Shown here: positions 56,603 through 64,000 of the stretch, piece by piece
Layout of the letters: each line of letters opens with the position of its first letter
Position numbering within the stretch: position 1 is the stretch's first letter
NCBI GenBank assembly: GCA_002083485.1
Contig: LWDK01000044.1
Span: forward strand, 12,613 to 76,612
Reading direction: 5' to 3'
Length of the DNA: 64,000 nucleotides
From: Proteobacteria bacterium SG_bin7
GTDB lineage: Bacteria; Bdellovibrionota; Bdellovibrionia; Bdellovibrionales; SG-bin7
Notes under the pieces: model-generated
The model's database searches: none
What the model saw: the letters and a program-made list of their open reading frames with translations, nothing else
What the model was told of the DNA's origin: nothing
Translations under genes and position numbers: made by a program

Positions 56603-57298
56603 ATGGAAACCTACCAAACTCTTATGACTTCTGACGGCTCTCCCACTTTAATTGATCCAAAATCGGGTCAAGCGATGCATGCCCGCGAGGGTGCGGCTTC
56701 TGAAACCTTTTATATTTATGGACAAGGTTATTTAGAGTCGCGAAAAGAGGATGTTTCACATTCTGTCTGTGTTGTAGGCCTTGGGATGGGTTATATTGAA
56801 CTTTGTATTTTGGGCCATTGGCTTACTAGTTTTGGTTCTGACTCATTACCGGCAATTCATTCTTATGAATCTGATATCAAATTGAGAGATGCATTTACGA
56901 CCTGGTTAGCGGGAAAGCCAAATGGCGAACTTGATCTTGTACTCAAAAATGTCAGCAAAAATTTTGGTCTAATGGACAGAGACTTAAAAGATGTTGCGTT
57001 GAACTTCTACGCTACTTTTCAGTGGCAGATTCATGGTGCCTTAAGCAGTGATACAAAGGCTCCCCTAAAATTCGGCCTTATTTGCTATGACCCGTTTAGT
57101 TCCTCTGCCAATCCTGATTTGTGGGAAGAAGATTGGCTTGATATATTTGTTAAAAATTTCGCCGATATAAAATCTGTTTTTACTACCTATGCTTCAAATG
57201 GCCGTCTCAAAAAGGTACTAAATAAATGTGGTTTTAGCCTAAAAAATAAGATTGGTTTCGGAATGAAACGGGAGTCGACGCTTGCGATTCGAAATTAA
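56603..57298 (+). CDS. MnmC-like SAM-dependent methyltransferase domain protein (Methyltransf_30 / DUF752-like)
   Basis: TSDGSPTL...MHAREGAASET N-terminus and YDPFSSSANPDLWEEDWL...TTYASNGRLKKVLNKCGF resemble the MnmC methyltransferase domain. Confidence 0.6.
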   Translation: METYQTLMTSDGSPTLIDPKSGQAMHAREGAASETFYIYGQGYLESRKEDVSHSVCVVGLGMGYIELCILGHWLTSFGSDSLPAIHSYESDIKLRDAFTTWLAGKPNGELDLVLKNVSKNFGLMDRDLKDVALNFYATFQWQIHGALSSDTKAPLKFGLICYDPFSSSANPDLWEEDWLDIFVKNFADIKSVFTTYASNGRLKKVLNKCGFSLKNKIGFGMKRESTLAIRN

Positions 57299-57410
57299 CA
57301 AAATATTAACAAATGGTAGTAAGTTTAGCCCATAAACTCGATAAAAGACTAAATAAACTTGGATTTTTCGCCGAAAAGTTAGACTGTAGAAAGGGAACGT
57401 AGGTAGATAA

Positions 57411-58613
57411 ATGAGTACGTCAGTTCACGATCAGGGACAAGATCGCTCATTTCACGTTGCAATTCTCGCGGCGAGCCCAGGCGATTTGCAGCCAATCGTA
57501 CGCTATTTAGAAAAACGGACTTGGGTCGTAAAAACCTTCGATGCGTTTAACGAACTCGCAAAATACTTAATAGAAAATAATCCCGACTACGTTCTTTTAA
57601 GTTTTAGTATTCAATTGCCTGAAATAACAAAGTATCCACAAATTATTTGGAATAAATTTAAGATACCGGTTATCCCATTTGGAGAGAGCACGGATAATCA
57701 TACCGTTGGGTTACTTCGCGCATTTGGTCACGACGCACTTCTTCCGCCGATTAGCGGTCCGTTGGTGTATTCAAAGATTGCAGGTCACGCCACCGGAGGA
57801 TATCAAACTAAACTTCATATGCATTCTGCGACGGAAACCGCACAGCCAATAGGAGTTAAAAGTCATAAAACCCCATCACAACGCGACTTGCTTAACTTAA
57901 ACCGCATCTATAAAGAAGAAGAGAGGCAGTTTTTTGGTCAACTTGAAAATTCACTTTCAGCGGCATGTGATGCTAGGAATAGTGTTGATACTCCGGTTGC
58001 AAAAACAAAAAAATTAACAGTTTTACCAATTGCCGACGGAATGTTTACGGGCATGCTTGTCTTTGTGATGGGAGACGAGGACTCAGTTGATCCAATGCTT
58101 ATTAATAATATGCGTGAAAAACTTGGTAGCTTAAATACCTTTATCAAATTTGATGGAATTATGACAAAATCATTGAGCATTGAAATTGACGAGGTTGATT
58201 TTAATATCTGGACGTCGCATAAAGCACGTTTTGTCTCGCGTGCTGAGCACCGCGGAAAAGAAGTTATGATGGCTTTCTTTGAAATGGACAAAAAACTCGT
58301 GGAGATCGCTCCATCGATTGATCCAAAAATGGCGAAAATTAACGTTGAGAGCATCACCCCTAATGTTGCCATTGATTTTGACGCCTATCTTTACCTACAA
58401 TCAAATCAAAAATTTCTTAAATACTTACACTCTGGAACAAGAGTCAGCCCGACGCAGCTGCAGAATTTAAAAGAAAGAGAGATCGACTCATTCCATATCG
58501 ACAAAGAAGATCAAAGCACCTATCATGCTTATGTTGCTAAAAACTATTTAAGTTCCACTATCTCTTCGGGACAATCATATTTAACAAAACCCGAAGGAAA
58601 TGAGGAAGAGTAA
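57411..58613 (+). CDS. Hypothetical protein with degenerate receiver-like N-terminal domain
   Basis: HVAILAASPGDL...NPDYVLLSFSI has REC-like topology, but Ser sits where the phospho-acceptor Asp is expected. The C-terminal region of about 230 aa is unrecognised. Confidence 0.4.
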   Translation: MSTSVHDQGQDRSFHVAILAASPGDLQPIVRYLEKRTWVVKTFDAFNELAKYLIENNPDYVLLSFSIQLPEITKYPQIIWNKFKIPVIPFGESTDNHTVGLLRAFGHDALLPPISGPLVYSKIAGHATGGYQTKLHMHSATETAQPIGVKSHKTPSQRDLLNLNRIYKEEERQFFGQLENSLSAACDARNSVDTPVAKTKKLTVLPIADGMFTGMLVFVMGDEDSVDPMLINNMREKLGSLNTFIKFDGIMTKSLSIEIDEVDFNIWTSHKARFVSRAEHRGKEVMMAFFEMDKKLVEIAPSIDPKMAKINVESITPNVAIDFDAYLYLQSNQKFLKYLHSGTRVSPTQLQNLKEREIDSFHIDKEDQSTYHAYVAKNYLSSTISSGQSYLTKPEGNEEE

Positions 58614-58630
58614 AGCGGAATAACAGCCAA

Positions 58631-59575
58631 ATGAAAGTTTCAATCCTCACGCTAGAACAAATCTTAAACCAATTTAAAAAATCGCGTCAAAAAAGCCCTC
58701 AAACTTATTTAGCCATGTATTCAAGTTGGTTAGGGGGCATTGTCACTGATCCTGAACTTATGCTAATTCCCATTGACGACCATTTGGTGCACCGAGGTGA
58801 TGGTGTATTTGAGGCGATGAAGTATTATGAACGGCGACTCTACCTCGCTGACGAACACCTAAATCGTTTGTTGGGTTCAGCTGAGAAAATTTCACTCCCG
58901 GTGCCAAATACCAAGGAAGAAATTCGCACTCTAATTGTTGAAACTTTGAAAGCCGCTAAGACCGATAATGCCGTAATTCGCATGTTCGTTTCTCGGGGAC
59001 CAGGAGGATTCGGTCCAAGCCCATACGACAGCTGCGGGTCACAACTCTACATCATTGTTACCAACCCAAAACCTTTTGATCCCAAAAAGTATGAAACTGG
59101 AGTTAGGGTTGGGATTTCAAAAATAGCAATGAAGGATAAATTTTTTGCTACTGTAAAAACCTGTAACTATCTGCCAAATGTTATGATGAAGAAGGAATCT
59201 GTCGATAACAACTGGGATTTCTCTGTAAATATCTCTCCTGAAGGGTTCGTGGGAGAAAGCGCTACAGAAAATATAGCCATGATTTCACAAAGTAACGAAT
59301 TCTTGATTCCTTCGTTTAAATACACTCTTCGCGGCACTACCCTTCTTCGCATGATGACTCTGGCAAAACCTCATTGCCACTCAGTCAAAGAGCGAGATTT
59401 AACTATTAAAGACTTTCTAAATGCAAAAGAAGTTTTAATGTGTGGTACAACTATGGGAATTGTTGCCGTCACAGAGTTTGATGGAAAAAAAATTAGCAAT
59501 GGAAAGCCCGGAGCTTTTGCTGACCAGTTTGCAAAACTTTTTAAAGAGGACCTTTTATCTTATTCCCAATTATAG
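58631..59575 (+). CDS. Class IV aminotransferase family protein (BCAT / ADC-lyase fold)
   Basis: DDHLVHRGDGVFEAMK and RMFVSRGPGGFG motifs. Size is about 310 aa. Confidence 0.75.
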   Translation: MKVSILTLEQILNQFKKSRQKSPQTYLAMYSSWLGGIVTDPELMLIPIDDHLVHRGDGVFEAMKYYERRLYLADEHLNRLLGSAEKISLPVPNTKEEIRTLIVETLKAAKTDNAVIRMFVSRGPGGFGPSPYDSCGSQLYIIVTNPKPFDPKKYETGVRVGISKIAMKDKFFATVKTCNYLPNVMMKKESVDNNWDFSVNISPEGFVGESATENIAMISQSNEFLIPSFKYTLRGTTLLRMMTLAKPHCHSVKERDLTIKDFLNAKEVLMCGTTMGIVAVTEFDGKKISNGKPGAFADQFAKLFKEDLLSYSQL

Positions 59576-60159
59576 TTAAAGCTAATGCTGATTCGATCTT
59601 GGGTTCCTGAATTTGCCGGAACTTCATGACGAAGCCAACTTTCAAAAAGCACAAACTGACCCTCTTTCGGCATCAATTCAAAATGGAGTTTATTTTTACG
59701 CTTGGGCGAAGCCATAAAGCAGACCATTCGCGGATCCTCAAATTTGATCCCAGCAGATTTTTTTGGAACCTTCAAATAATAGGTGCCACTAATAACACTT
59801 AAGGGATGAATATGTAAACTATGATGAACCATCGGCTTCATGACATTCACCCAACACGAATCCATTTTTATTTTTCCTCGCTTCAACTCTAAACCTAAAG
59901 CCTTCACGTACTTCTTCACATGGACATCGAGGATTCTTTCTAAATCAGCAAAAGTGGGTGACATCTTGTGAAGGTGATCCAGTGACCCATATGAAGTGTA
60001 GCCACCCAAATAATTCTTTGCCGACCACTTATTGCCTTCGATATCTATTTCTTGAATTTTGCGAGTTTCCCGCAAAAGACTCTTATTTAAGTTGCTTTTC
60101 TCCCTTGAAGTTAAGCTTGAGGTATAAATAGAGGTTGGAAAAAGTTGTTTTACCGGCAT
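59560..60159 (-). CDS. TIGR02466-family putative 2OG-Fe(II) oxygenase-like protein
   Basis: LFPTSIYTSSL N-terminus, WVNVMKPMVHHSLHIHPLSVISGTYYL and C-terminal FESWLRHEV. Confidence 0.6.
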   Translation of the reverse strand: MPVKQLFPTSIYTSSLTSREKSNLNKSLLRETRKIQEIDIEGNKWSAKNYLGGYTSYGSLDHLHKMSPTFADLERILDVHVKKYVKALGLELKRGKIKMDSCWVNVMKPMVHHSLHIHPLSVISGTYYLKVPKKSAGIKFEDPRMVCFMASPKRKNKLHFELMPKEGQFVLFESWLRHEVPANSGTQDRISISFNYNWE

Positions 60160-60219
60160 AGAGGAAATTTAGCCTAACTACCCCTTGCCACTCAACGGAG
60201 AATTTGCAAATATTCATGT

Positions 60220-60576
60220 ATGAAAAAAATTATAAATATTGCCCTTCTTCTTGCCTTTATTCCTCTTCTCTCGCTCGCCGCAGATGAAGATAAGTTTTCC
60301 TTGAGCGACACTGACAAGCAACTTCATATGATCGCAAGTTACGGCCTTACTTTCACTTTTACTGACATATATAGACGAATGGGACAAAGTAAGTGGAAAA
60401 GCTTATTATGGGGAAGTCTGTCCACGCTCGCTATTGGTACCATTAAGGAAATTACCGATCCCAAATTTTCTGGCCCCGACATGGCGGCCGATGCGGTAGG
60501 TATCACCATTGGTGCAGGTGTAATAATTTCTTTAGATGCAATTTGGGAGCCTCAGCCCTCATTGAAAGCTAAGTAA
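60220..60576 (+). CDS. Small exported/membrane protein (possibly YfiM/DUF2279-like)
   Basis: Signal peptide ...LLSLA|ADE, a DKQLHMIASY motif and hydrophobic segments. Confidence 0.4.
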   Translation: MKKIINIALLLAFIPLLSLAADEDKFSLSDTDKQLHMIASYGLTFTFTDIYRRMGQSKWKSLLWGSLSTLAIGTIKEITDPKFSGPDMAADAVGITIGAGVIISLDAIWEPQPSLKAK

Positions 60577-60725
60577 CTTCTTTCTCTGTACGATTCTTGC
60601 AATTCTCCAAATGAGCAAGGTCATTCCACGGTAATCTCAGAACAAAAGAAAAGTATCTAAGATTTGAGTCAACTTGCCACGCACCGGGGAATATGTTCGC
60701 GCTGCAGAACTAAGCGGGAGAAATA

Positions 60726-62588
60726 ATGGCAAAGAAAAAAACCGAAAGCAAAGTTTTGAAAGTCAAATGGACGTGGCTAATTGCCACGATTTTTGTTCTC
60801 ATCTTTGTCCAAAACATGTTCGTAAATAACCGTCTTTATACTAAAGTTACTTATAGTGAATTTCTAAATCTCATTGAAGAAAATAAGGTTACCGACCTGG
60901 TGATCAGCGACAATTCCATTACTGGGAAGTACCGAAAATCGCCAGCTAATTCCCCCGAACATTTTTCAACGGTTCCGGTAAAAGATGATAAGCTCATCGA
61001 GCGCCTGACAAAAAAAAATATCTTATTTCAGTCGGAACGGCCAAATCCATTTTGGACAAGTATCTTCTCTTGGTTACTTCCGTTCATAATTTTTTATTTT
61101 ATTTGGATATATTTAGTTCGCGGGATGGACAAAGGTCCCAGCGGTCTACTCTCAATGACGAAGTCAAGAGCTAAGGTATATATGGAAAAAAATGTTCAAA
61201 TTTCCTTCGCTGATGTCGCGGGAGTAGAAGAAGCTAAGGAAGAATTAAAAGAAATCATTAACTATCTACAAAAGCCGACGTTGTACACGCGCCTGGGAGG
61301 AAGAGCGCCCAAAGGGGTTTTGCTCGTCGGACCACCGGGGACTGGAAAGACTTTAATGGCCAAGGCCGTAGCCGGAGAAGCCAAGGTCCCTTTTTTTTCG
61401 ATTAATGGATCAGAATTTGTGGAAATGTTTGTGGGTTTAGGTGCGGCACGTGTGCGAGATCTCTTTGAACAGACGCGGGCGGCAGCTCCGTGTATATTAT
61501 TTATTGACGAAATCGATGCTCTTGGAAAGTCGCGAAGCTTTGGGTTTATGGCGGGTGGTTCACATGAAGAAAAAGAACAAACGCTAAATCAATTACTCGC
61601 CGAAATGGACGGTTTCGATTCTTCCGAAGGCGTAATTATCCTCGCTGCAACAAATCGCCCTGAAATATTAGACCCTGCCCTGCTGCGAGCTGGAAGATTT
61701 GATAAGCAAGTATTGATCGGCAACCCCGATCAACATGGACGCCTACAAATTCTCAAAGTGCACGCCAAAAAGATTAAGCTAGACCCAAACATAAAAGTGG
61801 AAAGGATTGCGGCTCTTACTTCGGGGTTTTCGGGGGCTGATCTTGCCAACCTCGTAAATGAAGCTGCGATAATTGCGACACGACGGAACGCCCCCAACGT
61901 TACCGAGAAAGATTTCGTTGCGGCGATTGAAAGACTTGTGGCCGGCCTTGAACAACGTAAGAAAGTTATGAATCAAGAAGAAAAGCGACGTATTGCATTT
62001 CATGAAATGGGGCATGCCACTATTGGACTTGCCCTCAATACATCCGAAAAAATTCATAAAGTTAGTATCGTTCCTCGCGGGATTGGAGCGCTTGGATACA
62101 CTTTACAAATGCCAACAGAAGACCGCTATTTAATCTCTGAGCTTGATCTTTTAAATCGCATCGCCGTTTTACTTGGTGGCCGCGCCAGCGAACTCATAAA
62201 TTTTAATAACGTTTCAACGGGAGCTACTGACGATCTCGCAAAAGCCACCGATATCGCGCGTGCCATGATCACTCAATATGGAATGAGCGAAAAGCTTGGA
62301 CTCCCAACGTTCGAAGCTTCAAGGCGATCCTTTTTACATGGACCCCTCGAAATGAATAGCCGATTTCAGTATAGTGAAAAAACAGCAGAGGAAATTGATT
62401 TAGAAATTAGGAGAACGCTTGATTCACAATTTGAACGCGTAAGTGGAATTTTGCAACAAAATAAAAAATTTCTGAACGCCGGCGCTGAACTGCTACTTCA
62501 GCAAGAAACTATCGACGAAAAGGAAATTACAGAACTATGGCAAAAGCATGGTAGATATCTGCGAGAAGAAAAGAAATCTCATGGTTGA
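60726..62588 (+). CDS. ftsH: ATP-dependent zinc metalloprotease FtsH
   Basis: Walker A GPPGTGKT, Walker [13 protein letters not shown] region and zinc site HEMGHA. Confidence 0.95.
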   Translation: MAKKKTESKVLKVKWTWLIATIFVLIFVQNMFVNNRLYTKVTYSEFLNLIEENKVTDLVISDNSITGKYRKSPANSPEHFSTVPVKDDKLIERLTKKNILFQSERPNPFWTSIFSWLLPFIIFYFIWIYLVRGMDKGPSGLLSMTKSRAKVYMEKNVQISFADVAGVEEAKEELKEIINYLQKPTLYTRLGGRAPKGVLLVGPPGTGKTLMAKAVAGEAKVPFFSINGSEFVEMFVGLGAARVRDLFEQTRAAAPCILFIDEIDALGKSRSFGFMAGGSHEEKEQTLNQLLAEMDGFDSSEGVIILAATNRPEILDPALLRAGRFDKQVLIGNPDQHGRLQILKVHAKKIKLDPNIKVERIAALTSGFSGADLANLVNEAAIIATRRNAPNVTEKDFVAAIERLVAGLEQRKKVMNQEEKRRIAFHEMGHATIGLALNTSEKIHKVSIVPRGIGALGYTLQMPTEDRYLISELDLLNRIAVLLGGRASELINFNNVSTGATDDLAKATDIARAMITQYGMSEKLGLPTFEASRRSFLHGPLEMNSRFQYSEKTAEEIDLEIRRTLDSQFERVSGILQQNKKFLNAGAELLLQQETIDEKEITELWQKHGRYLREEKKSHG

Positions 62589-62602
62589 TATGCAAACAAT
62601 AA

Positions 62603-62628
62603 AAAAACCAGCACGAAGACTGGCTTTT
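62603..62628. terminator. Weak hairpin between convergent ftsH and the 94-aa gene
   Basis: AAAA-a-CCAG-cacgaaga-CTGG-c-TTTT. The GC core is only 4 bp. Confidence 0.3.
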
Positions 62629-62655
62629 AAAAGAAAATTTAAAAGGCTAAAGCTT

Positions 62656-62940
62656 TTATTTTTTGCTACAAACAATCGCGTCGTTACCACCGGCGTGATT
62701 CATGACACAAGTATAATTTAAAGAAACTTCTTTATTATCTTGATTAACATAAACTTTTACCAAAACATCGGCGCCTGCGGGCCAAGCTTTGATACCGCGG
62801 AAGTTTGATTTTACTTGTTCAGTTTCGCCTTTAAAAAGTGTAAGTGCTTCGTGGGAAGCAGCATCCACTGCATCAATGGGCGATCCGTGAGCAAGCGCTA
62901 GCATCGGCAAGCAAATTGTGGCTAAAATAATTTTTTTCAT
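62656..62940 (-). CDS. Small secreted protein, unknown function
   Basis: Signal peptide ...PMLALA|HGS. The mature part has two Cys. Confidence 0.45.
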   Translation of the reverse strand: MKKIILATICLPMLALAHGSPIDAVDAASHEALTLFKGETEQVKSNFRGIKAWPAGADVLVKVYVNQDNKEVSLNYTCVMNHAGGNDAIVCSKK

Positions 62941-63050
62941 CGTTTCTCCTAACTGGTTTCAATAACCTGTTTTGGCTATCTTTAGTCCAGTCACGAAATG
63001 CTGGCAACTCTTTCTTTTACACGGTGACGATCTGCCACCTCCTGAAATCT

Positions 63051-64000
63051 TTACACCTCTAAGGCCGCGCCACGCTTATTAAAATAATCTTCCCAGGGAT
63101 TATCATATTTGAGCATTTGAAAGTTAAAATAACCGCTAATAAGTTCATCGGGAACTTTTAGCATATCCTGAAAGTGAAGCTTGGGTTTTCTGTCTTTGTC
63201 GACTAACAAAGCGCGCACACCTTCAACAAAGTCGCTATCACGGCAAAATTTAGTGGCCATTACCCACTCATGCATAAATGCTTCATGAATGGACCAGTTT
63301 TTACTCTGTTTTAACATTTCAAAAGTGACGGCGACAGAAATTGGCGACGCATTGTAAATATATTCCATATGAGGAAGCGGCGCGTGCACTTTTAGATTTT
63401 CTGAAAAATCGCGCAACGTTTTTCCCTGCATGATCTGATGGATAGTTTCTTTAAATGGAGTCACCAAACCGGTTGCTTTAGGGGCATCATGATAATTTAT
63501 CATTAGGCGATGAACCTGCTCTTTGCGCTCTTGTAAAGTTTCTCCCCACCTGATATTTGCTAAGTCACTTAGAACTTCAGCTTTCTTTTTGTAATCAATA
63601 GCATGAGTAGCAACTTTCCAATCTAGCGCGTCTGTTGTGTTAAAACGAATTCCTGTTAATCCCAAGTAAGAACCAATGCCGTTCGGGATTTGGTGCAAAA
63701 ACCATGAGGCGCCGACGTCAGGAAAAAATCCAATCGCCATTTCGGGCATCGCAAAAATACAGTTTGTCGAAGCAATACGAATATGACCACTCCGAAACAA
63801 TCCCAACCCAGCGCCCATCGATATGCCTTCGGCCCAAATGATGGTTGGCTTCTTATAGGTATAGTTCAAATAGTTAGTAAGATATTCATTAAAAAAGAAA
63901 TCGCGAATTCTGTTAATGGCACCAGAGTCTGTTTTACTTTTTAAAATTGAATCACGAATTTCTTTAACATCACCACCAGCAGAAAAACATTTTTCATCCG
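63051..64000 (-). CDS. Enoyl-CoA hydratase/isomerase family protein, 3-hydroxyisobutyryl-CoA hydrolase-like (5' end outside window)
   Basis: The frame stays open upstream of the track TTG start (DEKCFSAGGDVKEIRD...), giving the crotonase FxAGGD motif. Followed by GISMGAGLGL and an ECH_2-like C-terminal domain. Confidence 0.8.
   Translation of the reverse strand, partial: DEKCFSAGGDVKEIRDSILKSKTDSGAINRIRDFFFNEYLTNYLNYTYKKPTIIWAEGISMGAGLGLFRSGHIRIASTNCIFAMPEMAIGFFPDVGASWFLHQIPNGIGSYLGLTGIRFNTTDALDWKVATHAIDYKKKAEVLSDLANIRWGETLQERKEQVHRLMINYHDAPKATGLVTPFKETIHQIMQGKTLRDFSENLKVHAPLPHMEYIYNASPISVAVTFEMLKQSKNWSIHEAFMHEWVMATKFCRDSDFVEGVRALLVDKDRKPKLHFQDMLKVPDELISGYFNFQMLKYDNPWEDYFNKRGAALEV

Noticed and set aside
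1-64000. CRISPR arrays, tRNA/rRNA genes, IS elements, integrases or prophage/defence islands
   Set aside because: I noticed no spaced direct repeats, no tRNA T-arm-like GTTCGAATC motifs in intergenic DNA, and no transposase, integrase, nuclease or helicase-type ORFs. The window looks like core chromosome. An automated scan (tRNAscan, ISfinder, a defence-system finder) would be needed to be certain.

Overview
This is a dense, almost fully coding 64-kb chromosomal window with about 60 CDS. By eye I recognised no rRNA, tRNA, CRISPR array, transposase or integrase. The gene content points to a Bdellovibrio-like predatory bacterium, which is an inference: an Agl/Glt-type motor cluster, several exported peptidases, a DgcB-like FHA-GGDEF cyclase, a TIGR02147 family protein, and moderately AT-rich DNA. 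Left third (about 1-18.7 kb, mostly minus strand): MotA/TolQ plus two ExbD/TolR motor genes lie directly upstream of GltD/E/F/G/H-like genes (TPR, FHA-TonB-C-like and OM-barrel proteins). A vWA lipoprotein gene and a GYF-GYF-PilZ gene precede them. Middle: housekeeping genes plus a six-gene minus-strand operon with two GGDEF cyclases. One of these carries the Ser-for-Asp substitution that defines Hypr (cGAMP-type) GGDEFs. The most novel-looking signal is two loci (41.3-42.4 kb and 47.9-50.0 kb) encoding signal-peptide-bearing Ala/Gly/Val-rich proteins of no family I recognise. Both loci have sigma-54 promoters with the same core TTGGCAG-N5-TTGCT, leaders of about 95 nt and strong AAGGAG Shine-Dalgarno sites. 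The second locus is a tandem paralogue pair separated by a UUCG-tetraloop hairpin. Right third: housekeeping genes (gcvP, ftsH, mtnP, an RNA-modification trio). All calls come from reading the ORF translations and the DNA; no database search was run.
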